Source: Atractiella rhizophila
Taxonomy: Eukaryota
Assembly: GCA_021432655.1 (NCBI GenBank)
Contig: MU271425.1
Coordinates: 1-47,753, forward strand
Reading direction: 5' to 3'
DNA: 47,753 nucleotides
Below, one piece after another: positions 1-11,440 of this stretch. Position 1 is the stretch's first letter. Every line of letters starts with the position of its first letter. The notes beneath the pieces were generated by a model. That model saw nothing but the letters and a program-made list of their open reading frames with translations. It did no database searches and was not told the DNA's origin. The translations under genes and the position numbers were made by a program.

Positions 1-140
1 GGGCATGGAGAGGCGGAAAGAGGAGGGGCACGAAGGTGGAGGAGAGGTGTGCGGCGATCGAGGAGCGGTGTTGGAGGTATCCAGTGTGGTCCGATCACCG
101 CACACGGGTGTACGTACGAACGGTCAATGACCTGCTCTCC

Positions 141-221
141 CTAGGTGCTTACCACCAGGGATGAGCAGGTAGGAGTCTCGGATAATAGTCATGCTAGGTG
201 CTTACCACCAGGGATGAGCAG
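141..221. repeat. Two exact copies of a 28-bp direct repeat (141-168, 194-221) separated by 25 bp
   Basis: CTAGGTGCTTACCACCAGGGATGAGCAG occurs twice. Confidence 0.9.
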
Positions 222-1034
222 ATCCACAATAGGAAGGTATTGCCGCATTTGACCATTGTGTCTCACAAGTCCATTGGGATTTGAGGGGCTGAGTTATTGG
301 CAGGAGTGACAGGATGACAATGAGAAAGCTTGCCAACGTCGAACGGATCTCAGCATCCTCCCCATCTGCCGCCACTTGAATTGAGGTCCTTCAAATATGC
401 TGTCATGCATGCTTTTCACTCCCATGTTGCTCAGATTCCTTTCAACCTTCCAAAAACGGCGAATTTTTGTCCGTTTCTACGTTCCAATTCAAGGAGGTCT
501 CCCAGATCACGCTCTTTCATTCAATATCTATTGCAGCTAGTCCACTCCACTGTTCGATCCAAAACCTGCTCCTCAACCCTCCAGCTTCAGAGCTCTTTGA
601 CTGAAGATTGCCATCGTGGATGTGAATGAAGATTGAGGCAACGAAGTGCATATCGAAAAAGCGAACGACCGGTCAAATGGGCAAAGCTATTTGCAGCTGC
701 CGTGCAAGCTGCGGAACATGTTGTATTCTGCTATTCACGGTACAGAGGACTTCATTTGCATTTTGGCGTGTACAAATATGTAACGTGGATTAGAACCTCT
801 GACTTTGTTCCTCGCCTTCTATCTTGCCACCTTCCCGTCTGTCAATTCCGGGACTCGGCTTCGTAATGATCACACAAAGTCGTGTTTTTATTCACGCTGT
901 CAAAATCGGATTGTTCTATTGTACCAGTCGTCATCCCTTTCGAGGCTAGTGGAAAACTCGCACCGGAGGACAAGGAAGGAAGTGGGGATCACGTGAATAT
1001 GGAGAAGCAATAGGATGTTTGATGTACATCATGA

Positions 1035-1661
1035 TTGCAACCCGTCCCAATATTGCTTTCGCTGTCACTCAAGTTGCACAGTTTTGCGAAAATCCTCTTA
1101 CGGACCATTGGCAAGCCGCAAAAAAGACTATTTCGTTACCTTCGGGGAACTAGCAATGCAAAACTCACATACCAAACGGGGGTGAAAGACCTTGTTGGCT
1201 ATTCCGATTCCGATTTTGCTGCCAGCCACGATCGAAGGTCCATTTCAGGAACGCTCTTCACGCGCGCTGGAGGAGCGGTAATTTGGAACAGTAAGAAACA
1301 ATATCTAGTTACGTTGTCATCATCAACGGAGGCCGAATATGTTGCATTGTCGTCAGCCGCAAGAGAAGCATCATGGATCAGGAATCTCTTCAAGGATCTC
1401 CAAATCCCTCTCACTTTTCCCATCACTATCTACGGCGACAACCTTTGTTCCATCAACTTGCCAACAACCTCATCTGCAGACAACGAACCAAACATATTGA
1501 TGTCCCCATTTCACTATACACGCGATTGTGTCTCTAATCGAAAAATCGAGCTTCAATATATGGATACGAAGGAACTTCCAGCAGATATCCTTACAAAGGG
1601 AGTAAGCAAGATGAAGTTGGGAAAAGGAGCAATGAGTAAATTTGGGATGATGAATGAGTGA
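1035..1661 (+). pseudogene. Ty1/Copia pol remnant: RT C-terminus and RNase HI domain, frameshifted
   Basis: Motifs GYSDSDFA..DRRSISG, WNSKKQ, STEAEYVALS, HYTRD, MDTKELPADILTK are typical of Copia RNase H. Frameshifts interrupt the conserved segments. Confidence 0.9.
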
Positions 1662-1683
1662 AAGATGCATGAAATATGAATGT

Positions 1684-1869
1684 GAGGCGGAGTTTGATGG
1701 ACTTTTGCGCATTCTCATTTCTCTTTCTTCTTCTATTGCTTGATAATTGGCTCAAGGAACGGTGACGGGCTACGGTGATATTTTCTCACAAATATGCAAG
1801 ACCCCTGCAGTGAGAGTCCCATCGCTTTTTGGCTCGCATTTGCAGTGCTTACAGCTCCGTATCTCATCA
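1684..1869 (+). mobile_element. Candidate polypurine tract (GAGGCGGAG) and 3' LTR (1695-1869) of the Copia remnant
   Basis: A purine run follows the pol stop, then TGATG...CATCA inverted ends. The second Copia at 41349 has the same PPT-TGATGGA junction on the minus strand. Confidence 0.5.
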
Positions 1870-3760
1870 AAGCTGACTAGCGCAGTGGCTCCTTAAGAAA
1901 GCAACCAACAATTTATCATTGTGTCAAGAAGCAGTTCACAACGAAATCTCAACGAAACTAAAGATAACAACATTGACCGGAAAGCAATCACAGCTTATTA
2001 AAACCATGAGTCATTGAGGAAACGGGATTGCCTGCGGGAATGACGAAAATTAGGCATTTCAAAGTTGGAAAAAAGTTGGAAACGTGCCGTCTTGGTTCTG
2101 ATCTTCCATTTCACGGAGAATTTCTGCCGTCCTCTTAACAATGTCACCATCAGGTAACGCTTCAGTGCTGTTCAGGTCAAGGAAAAAGGCTTTCAGATTG
2201 TCCCACGTCAATAGCTGGATTCTTCCACCCGGCGTCCTCGGATAGACATAGACGCCTTCAGGAGCAATGGAGATGCTGGAGTTCCCTATTAAAGTATGTC
2301 AGCAGATGAACCATCCAGGAGGCCAGACCTGCTTCTATTCTGTTCTGGTGGAGAGCTGGATAATCGTGCTTTCGAGATATTTAGTGATATCCTTTCTCAG
2401 GTTTCCAATTTGGTTTGGTTAATGTGCTTGTGAACAATCGACGATATCCGTTTTATTGACCGCTCGAGATGAAAAATGCATCTGGGAGGCGGTCTGTTTC
2501 GCTCGTTCAGCTCGTCCAGACGAGACAGGCTGTACAGCCGAGTCTCCTTCTCGCGCGAGTGAACTCTCCTCCCTCTCGCGCGCAACCCCTCACCCCATTG
2601 CCAGAATCAACCTTGTTACTCGCGAATCAACTGTTCCTTGCGCGAATCAGCCTTTTAATCCTCAAAATCTGTCCTCGCCTCTCTTCGGTAAAGACACTAA
2701 TGTATTCCCAGCACCTACGACCAAACCTCATTCAATAAACTCGTTATGTCCATCAGCCCAAACAGTAACCATCCACCATCATCCCTAAGTATCTATACTT
2801 TCCTTCCTTTCGTCTTCATCGTACTGAAGTAATCCTCGAAGCCAAAATACATCACCAATCCTACGACCCTACCCAAGGAATTGCCTTTCCGCCATCCCAA
2901 TATCCAATCAACCCCTTCCCTTACCTTAACCCATCAATCATGCCAACAAACCGATCTGACCACTCTCCCCTGAATCCCTTTCTCCCACGAGACCTAACAC
3001 ACCCATCCAATCCTCACCATCCCTCAAACCAATCCCGGACAACGTCCAACTCCTTGACGGTAGATGCCAATACCAGTGTCCCCCTAGTGCCAATACCGAT
3101 TTCAACCCTCGTTCCCCTTCTCCAACCTCTCGTTCCAGCACCAAACCAACGCACGGTCCCATCCCCCTCAAAAGAGAGAAGGCAATCATCATTCGCGACC
3201 ACGATCTCCTTGGGTCAAAGAAGGTACCTCTTACCGAGAATCTCCCCACGACGTCAAACCTAATTACTTTGCCTTTGCAGGAAACCACGACGAATGCACC
3301 TCCAAGTCCTTGTGCGGAAATAGACCTCATTTTGTAATCATCTGCTTCTAGGTGTGCAACAACAGTCGTTCACACCATAACTAGCCCTTTGAGGAGCACA
3401 GTGTGGCAACATATTTGATGTTTGACGAAAGAGTTCCTCTAGGTACAGGAGCGCGCACGATAACCCCGCGCTAATCAGCAGGCATATACCCTAACATCGT
3501 GTACTCATGTACCATTGCACCACGAGGCCACTGGAGAGCTCCTTGCAAAGACCCTAACACCGTGCACCTCGCCTTATATTCGCGTATAGTAGAACGAGAG
3601 TACCGCAGAAAAAGAAATGCGAGGCAGAGAATAAGGCGCGATCAAAGGCGATCGCTCCAGTTGGTAGAGCGCCATACAGCGTCGAAACGATGGAGACGAC
3701 TTGGTGGATGGAAGCGAGGAGGGTTTGAATCCTTATCCTTATATATAACAAGTGTGTCAG

Positions 3761-3883
3761 TGCCCTCGTCCCTCGGGCATCCCCCCCCGCCAGGGGCTTC
3801 GCCCCTTGGACCCCTGCCTCCGGCGGCCACTGCGTGGAGCTTTGCCTCTGGCAGCCACTGCGTGGGGCCTCGCCTTCGGCGAG
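3761..3883. repeat. Cluster of six short GC-rich hairpins at the Helitron 3' end
   Basis: TGCCC-n9-GGGCA, AGGGGC-TTC-GCCCCT, CCAC-TGC-GTGG (twice), TGCC-TCT-GGCA, CTCGCC-TTC-GGCGAG. Confidence 0.85.
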
Positions 3884-4004
3884 CACAGACTCACCATATG
3901 TACTCTACTCTTTTCAAAAAACAATGAAAGCTGAGTGGCCTCCTCGTACCTCGGAGAACCACTTCAGCTTTTGACTATACTGTTAGGAACATGCTGAGAC
4001 ATGA

Positions 4005-7000
4005 TCAGTGATTGAGTACTCGTAACACTTCCTTGTAAACTACATTATCTGTTTGCTTGTTTTCTTCTCCTTGCTTTGTTTTGACCAATACTCGTAAATT
4101 GTTCGCATTTGAAACCCGTGAAAGACCAACATAAAGCTGCCCATGAGAGAAAGGAGAAGACTCTAAGTACAAACCCACTTGTCCAACAGATTGTCCTTGC
4201 ACTTTATTCAGAGTTAAGGCAAACGCTAAGCGCACAGGGAATTGAAAGCGCCGGAATTGAAAAGGAAGCTGGTTTGATACTGCACTGTCAATGCCAATTC
4301 AAGGAATGAGAACTGATTCGCCACTGTATGCACCTGTAATGATGGTTGCTTCGATGACTCGTCGGAGAAGCTGAGTGACAATGAGCCGCGTGCCGTTGCA
4401 CAGGCCAGCAGATGGATTGAGATTTCACAGAAGAATGATGGGTGCACCGATCTTGAGGTGCAAACGATGTGAAGGGAATCCAGAGATCTCCAGGGTATTC
4501 AGGTACTTAACAGAGAAGCGATTCCTGAGATCTCCCTCATCATCTATAATTTGATCTGTACTGTAATATACCAGATCTCCTGTGGATTCGAGCCACTGAA
4601 TCAAGCGATCATTGATGCCATCCACATCCACATTCTTTGCTGCTAGAATCCCCGGAGGTATTCTTGAAGGAAGCTCAGAGCAGGGATAATTCGTAGAGAA
4701 TCTAGTTGTCCGTAAATTGAGCGCAACAGACCATCTAGTCCTTCGTGGGATGGAATAATAGATCCATCTGGTATCGTTAAGGCTCCACATCCATTGTCTG
4801 ACGGATTATCGGTGAGACCATTTCTCATCAAGGAGCCACTGGGCAAATCTGGTCGCATGCTGAAATTCGGCTGGAGTCATTTCCTGTTGGCCTCGAAGAA
4901 GGCGAATATTGGTTTTCAAAGGCAGGACTTGAACATTCGGCCAGAAGTAAGAATTCATGATGCAGGCATCCACAATCTGAGCTCGGCTTCCATTTGGCAC
5001 TACCGGAAGACACTGTCTGCCATCTCCTGTGAACAGTATGTTAATAAAGAACTACTTAGAGGAAAGTATCATACCACAGAAAACTATAAGTGTTCCTCCA
5101 AATGGTCTTGAATCCTTTTTAAGGTCCTGCCCCAACTGATCCACACAGCTGACGGAGAGGCGATCACTCATAATGGCTTCATCCCACAGGATAATTTCTG
5201 CCTTGACATATAGCCTTCCATGATCACTTTGAGCCGAAATACCACAAACTGACTGAGCATCTGCATTGAGGGGAATCTTGAAGCGCGTATGAGTGGTACG
5301 ACCACCTTCAAGCAGAATAGCAGCAATTCCAGAAGAGGCTACTGCTAGTGCAATCTTCTTGGGTGATCTTACTCTTGCCAGTATAAGATTCTGAACAAAA
5401 GTCTTTCCAGTTCCTCCAGGCCCATCAAGAAAGAAGAGTCCTCCAGTACCACTCTGCCAGGCTTCGATGATTGTATCGTATGCATGTCGTTGATCCTCAT
5501 TCATAAGAGGAAGATCCCTATCAAGACGCTGCTCCAACTCCGTAATGTTGTACACCAGCTCTTATCCAAATATTCTTGTCTCTCCTCCCCATCGTCCAAA
5601 CCTGTGAGCAGGTAATGGCAGCCTATACTCCTCTAGTGTCTTGCCTAGACCATGTAGCAGATCCTCCAGCTCGATAAGGCATAAGTCTCGGATGTGGTCA
5701 TCAGAAGGTGCAGCGATTCCATAAACTGTTTGCAGAAGATGTGCACAATCGTCATTGAGCTTGTCATAGTGTCTTCGAAACAGTTGTAATGGTTCGTCGC
5801 AACTTCAAAGACCACAATATAGACAAAAAGAGAACGGATTGCTGATCCTCGTTTGATTACGTTGGCATCTTCCAGACACAGGTCCCATTCTTTGTCACTT
5901 TCCAGTAGACCTGACGCCACACAGGCTGCTTTGAATGTTTTGTGAACTTGACCATCAATTGTACAAATATCTTCAAAAAATTTAGGACTTGGGACCTTGT
6001 GAAGAAGTAGTCGAAGATAAAAGAGCTCCCCTTGTGATGGCGCAATATAATATATCCAACTAATAGCATCACCTTTCTCACGTATCTTCCAGCGCTTTGA
6101 ACTACTCTGCCAGACCAAGTGTCGAGGTGCTTAAGGATAGGTCCACAATCGGGAGACCTGGGGAGAGTCACGGCAAAATTGGAAAAATTCGCTGAGCATT
6201 GATTTCCCAATGTTTCTCCTTGAAAGTATATCTTCAGGTTGATCATCTTCTGCATTAAAAATGACCATCTATTGATTTGGAAGATGAATGCTCAGTCGAA
6301 TCACAGTTGGAGAGTGATCATGAAGCTTGAAGTGGAAAATCCGCCAGCACGCTAAAAATAATAACACTACTTAACTGTCAACTTTTGGAGAATGGACAAA
6401 ACGAACCTTCCGAAGCGCCAACATACCGTGCATCTAAATACTCTTTAATCTCATCCACTGGCTCTCTCGCTCCACTGGCATCTGATTCTAAGACTAATTG
6501 TGCTCTATCTGGCCCCTTGTATACGTATTTAAAGACATATTTGATAGAGCGAATTGAGATACAGATCTCCGTGTTGACGTGAGCCAGAAACTTCCTTAGG
6601 ACCCAAGGGTCAGAGGGCACTACCCATCGATTATCATATATAAATTCTTGACCCCGTATCATCTTCCGAAAAACCCGGCCGTTGTTACGTCGTCGATAGG
6701 TAGGGTAACCATTTTCGTTGATTCTTGTTTCCTCGACAAAAGGCTTGGGATACCCATTGCCACACTTTCCATCAACCATGCAAGGTGCATGTGGATTATA
6801 TTCACCACATGGACCATGTAGCATATGTTTGGTGACTATTTCAAACAATACAGGGTCCTTGTCCGGATCAGGCAGCTCTGCTTGAATTACTCTATTGATG
6901 GCTGCCTCGTCCCTGATAAGATCTTCAGGATGAAGAATCAACAGGATGTGCACATGTGGTAGACCTCTCTTCTGAAATTCAATGACCCAGACATACCCGA

Positions 7001-8576
7001 TAACCCTTCCAAAAATCTGTCGTACCACTAAATACTTGATGTACTCCAGAGCCTTCAGTCGAAAAACCCTTGAAACCAAATCTGGTCTATCCTCTGGTTT
7101 TTGTCCTGGTAGAAGGGCTTCCATGATCTCTGCCCAGTTTGGGTTGCAAGTGAAGGTTGTAAAGATATTTGGGGGTCCCTTGGCACCAACTATACCCATC
7201 GCATCCTGGAACAGCTGATTCATTGAACGCGGACTGCCAGTGAAACTTGATGGTAATATAGTCCGCCTTCCTATATCTTCTAAAGGATAGCCTTCCGCAA
7301 GGGCATCTGTAAGACCTTGATATACCTCAGCTCGAAGAATAGACTGATTGAACCGAAGGTAGAGGAGACGATATGCTTCAATTTGTGCATAAGCGTCAAC
7401 TACTAATTCTTGTAATAGCCGACCACCATAGAGAGGTAGTGAGAATATATCACTTCGTTGATGCAACATGTAAGAATAGAAGTCCATTTGGCTGACACGT
7501 TGTCGAACCCCGGAATTACCAACCCGCAGGCCATCATCATTGAAGTGCTCTCGCTCGCGAGGAGGAAGATCTGCAGGCAGGTCTCGATACGGAATCTGTG
7601 GATGCCATCCTTGGTCCCCATATGGAAACAGAAGAGGAAAACGAAGTGGAAGGTAATTTGAGTTGTGCTCATTGACACGCTGTAAGTTGCTACCGGTTGT
7701 GGTTGCACTGAGCTGGATGATAATATCTCTGGCCAATCCATATTCTTCTCTCTTGCCATCTCCTACCATCACCACAGCAACTTCGCTGGATACAGGAATG
7801 TTGTAGCGTCTTGGGTCCCAATCTTGTGGAGCTACTGTGCGAAGTGTAGTGTGGTGGTGGGATCCTGTTCCATTCTTTCTTTCGCAAATTTGTAGATCCT
7901 GGGATATGGGTTGACACGGAAGAGCATAGCCTGAAGTTCTTCGAGCGTAGTACGACTCAGTGAGACTGAAGAGTTCCGAACTCTTTGTTCAATCTGTACA
8001 GCTAAATCTGTAATGTAGACCTGTGCAAATGTTTCATACCCTTCTTGTTGTCGGAAAAGAGTGCCAATAAGGTGGCACAGCTCTCTCTGAATTTTGAAGG
8101 AGTAGGGACCGTGTCCAGGAATTGATACCTGGCGGACACCTAAGGATGTAAAGGCAAAAGCATTGTTGAATACCCTGATATGCTCTCGAAATTGCTTTGA
8201 GTCTATAATGATTGTTCCTCTCAGATATGTATACGCAATAAATTGAATAGAAATACTTAGCTGTTGTATTGTGATGTGTAAAAAGCTTTCGTAGCTCTTC
8301 AGGCGGAGGCGGAGGAACAGGTAGCAGCACCTTGTGGTGGAGACAGCACAATACAAACTTTGGATTTCGTTGAAACTTTGGATTTCGTTGTGGGCTGTTA
8401 ATGATCTTCTCTTCCATCCAATGAAAGGCTTTGCAATGTGTACAAAGTAATCCCCAAGTAGAGAGGTGGTGTGCCCCAAGATCCATATCAGGTGAGCAGT
8501 TGAATGCAGGATACTGACGTTGCCTTATTTCGCCTCGCAACAACGGGATTAATGCCCTATCCTCATCACTGTCCAC
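4005..8576 (-). pseudogene. Helitron Rep/PIF1-like helicase, spliced, with several frameshifts
   Basis: HUH Rep motifs FTTFTCNPNW, VIEFQKRGLPHVHIL, KYVFKYVYKGPD. PIF1 motifs GPGGTGKT, WDEA, FALTLNKVQGQS, FSHGQLYVGLSRV. A GT-AG intron at 6406-6352 restores EACWRIF. Confidence 0.95.
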
Positions 8577-9319
8577 ACCATCAGGATCAGGAGAGGATGG
8601 GTATGATTGGGCTTCTTCTTCACTGTACTCCTCAGACGTGGAGCCCTAGTTGATCTTGTCTCATGTTGAGGTGGAGTAGATGGAGTAGGATTAGAACATG
8701 CAGGGCGTCGCCTCTCTCTTACAGGTCAACTGTGGTGTAGTGGTGCCTCCTGCTGCAGAGATTGATACCGTTTGGATCGGCACTCTCGATTTCTTGTTTG
8801 ATTTCTCTGAATTGCACGTGGCATGAGAGTGTAGCTTGCTGCACATGGCAAAATGATGTAAGTGAAGAATACATAAGCTAGAGTACACACACCTATGCTC
8901 CTTTTGCTTGATTTGATTTGATGGTAAAGGACTCAGGGATACTATAGTAGATTGTTAGGAAGCATATTTGTGTTGAAAGAACTGTTTCACTTGCATGAAC
9001 ATTTGCTCACTTTCCCTCATAGTTAGGAAACAATGATTTTTGGCGCACGATGCGAGAAATCAGAGAAAGCGGTGAAGAAATCGCGTGCAGGCAACTTCGT
9101 AGCGCTGCACTTTTCGGGGTGACAAAATGTGACCCCACCGAGAATCAAACCCACATAAACATGATCCATAACCTGAACTTGCCACACACCAACTAAACCA
9201 CAGTACAACTTTTAATTTATATAAACTTACTTTGAGTAGGTAACCAAAGCTTTGCCCAAAGGGTCAAAAGTCACCTGACTTAGTCAGGAAAACAATTTTT
9301 TTTCGTCTTTCAAACAGGC

Positions 9320-10790
9320 TTTGCTGTATGCGGTTCGAACGGCGCCGACACGCGTATTCTGTTGGTATGCTCAGAATTCTGACAGGGTTGTTGCGGGCAG
9401 TGATATAAGAGCTCAAAAGTACATGCATGAGTCATGGTCAAACCCGTTGTGCTTTTTATATAAGGAGGATGTTTTCTCTTTACTACTGCCCTGTTCATCC
9501 TCCCCAAGATATCCCTCCTTCTGTGAACACAGCTTTACGCCAGTCTACGACCGCTCCAAGGTGGTCATTCGTGACCACAGGAACATGCGAGAGCAAGGTC
9601 TTCGGATAGACTGTGCGTCTGTCGCAGAAGCAGAGATGTCGAAAGACACATGCATTAACTGGAGTACAATCTGGTTTCGCTTTCCTGGTGTTGTTTTCCC
9701 TTGGTCTTTTGCCCTGGACTTTATGCATCTTATCTTTGAAAATATTATTCGCAATTTGCTTGCTTTTTTGGAGAGGCGAGTTCAAAGGATTAGATCACAC
9801 CGAAAAAGGACCCTACGTGTTCAACGAGCCAATGTGGGAAATGATTGGCGGCGAGATTGAGAAGATGAACAAGTTGACACCATCTATCTTTGGACGACGA
9901 GCACGGAACATATGGAATGACCAAGCCAGCCTGACAGCAGAAGATCTCGCCAACTGAATCCTCATTCAAGGTCCTTATGTCCGTGTCCTGCGCGGTCCGG
10001 GACGCCCGCCTTCCAACTACTACAAGCATTTCCTTGACTTAAAAAGATTGTCATTTTGTGCTTTGGCTATCGGCTCGATTCAGAAGGTCGAGCGGATGTG
10101 AGAGAGCATGTTGAGTGAAGGGAGGCAGATTATGAGCGGTAAGATATTTGTCATCCTCCGAGATTATCCCGCCATCTCTCACAGCTATTCCATGTCGCTC
10201 TGCTCTCCCCTCATTGTACTTGAAGTCAGAGCAGAACTTAGCAAATTTGGGGTTCAGGCTTTACTATCAGTACGAGTATCAGCGACTCTCTGCTTGCCCC
10301 TCCGTCCTCCATCGCTTCCTCCACATTCCTGACTTCCACGACTGGATTGGACCTTCTTGGGCAACATGGGCGTTTACAGGAGAGCACCTTTTCGGCATTC
10401 TCAAAACACATCTTGGCTCCCGTATCCATCCTTACGAAAACCTGATGAACCACATTGTCCAGATGGAGCAACTACGACAAATCAAGATCAAATATCATCT
10501 TACGTTTGACTCAGATAATGGCGGAAGCCTTACTCAAGGGAAAAGAATTCCGAAGTACGCTTGCTGCCTCCTCCATCCTTCGAAGGGACTGACTCTTTCC
10601 GATTTGTCGGAACATGAGCGCCGAAACCTCCAAAGGAGCTGGAAGAGGAGGGGATTGGACTTAGGGAGTGGGGGAAAGTAAAACTTGATCACAACGGTGA
10701 TACACTTGTCACTGGGCGGGGAGGATCAATACAGAGCGACTTTAGTCAATGTCGGAACTGGTGCAGGGTGCGTCTATCCTCTTTTCGCAA
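9320..10790 (+). pseudogene. Fragmentary CACTA/EnSpm (Tnp2-like) transposase, C-terminal half
   Basis: Motifs LDFMHLIFENI, PSIFGRRARNI, HRFLHIPD, IGPSWATWAFTGEHLFG, HPYENL are spread over several frames. No termini were identified. Confidence 0.75.
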
Positions 10791-11028
10791 GCTGATAACT
10801 AAGGAGAACGGCAGATTACCACCCACAGCAGCTCCAAAGCAAGCGCAAACAGACTGCCACGTCGTCATTTGCCACGTCGTCATTTGCGACCATCAACCAT
10901 ATATAGAAAGGAGCTTGAATGACTGGAAACAGTTGGATATTAAGCGATACGAGAACTTGACACGTATGCTGTCACCACTTCTTTTCTTCCAATCAGAGTA
11001 CTGACGCTACGAGAGGACACAGGACGAA

Positions 11029-11440
11029 ATGTGGTTAACAGACGCCCAAAAAATCGGTGTCGGCCTCACCTCCTTCGGCCTGCTCTTCTTCTTCCTCGGT
11101 GTCCTCCTCTCCTTGTCACTTCTCCTCGCCCTCGGCAACATCCTCTTCCTGGGCGGAGTAGTGCTCCTGATCGGTCCACAGAAGGCTGTTTACTTCTTCG
11201 CTCGAAAACAAAAGCTCTGTGGAACACTATGCTTCGTCATTGGGATCGTCCTCGTTTTCAGGAGACCATTCGTGGGCATGTGCGTGGAGAGCATAGGATT
11301 CCTCAACCTCTTTGGGGACTTCTTTCCCATCGTTCTCAGCTTCTTACGACAGTTGCCGGTTGTGGGAAACTTCTTGCTGTTGCCCGTGTGCAGGCAAGTG
11401 ACCGGATGGGCTGGCAGGTGTTAAACAGAGCCCAGTTTAG
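11029..11440 (+). pseudogene. GOT1: Got1/Sft2-family Golgi transport membrane protein, intronless, probably a decayed copy
   Basis: MWLTDAQKIGVGLTSFG...LLALGNILFL...IGPQK...FFARKQK...GFLNLFGDFFP...FLRQLPVVG is the Got1 signature. The usual FFD motif before LLALGN is absent. A 1-nt shift near 11404 would give the ending TDGLAGVKQSPV* (stop at 11438-11440). Confidence 0.85.

Larger units (their letters stand above)
3749..8951 (-). mobile_element. Helitron (rolling-circle DNA transposon), about 5.2 kb, degenerate
   Basis: Rep-helicase coding region inside. The minus-strand 3' end is a hairpin (3761-3779) 8 nt before CTTG|T at 3752-3749. The candidate 5' end is A|TCTACTATAG at 8951, consistent with an AT target. 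The ends are less certain than the element call. Confidence 0.8.

Noticed and set aside
141..221. CRISPR-like repeat-spacer unit (also 31148-31227)
   Set aside because: Only two copies each, eukaryotic context, and no cas genes.
3439..3472. CTAG plus AGCGCG/CGCGCT hairpin as the Helitron 3' end
   Set aside because: It is not followed by T on the element strand. The CTTG|T end at 3749 is better supported by related copies.
8355..8390. 18-bp tandem duplication in the Helitron (also 15-bp at about 10855 and 10-bp at 14481-14500)
   Set aside because: Ordinary slippage duplications.
9040..9310. Possible left terminus of the first CACTA fragment
   Set aside because: No matching TIR or TSD could be found.
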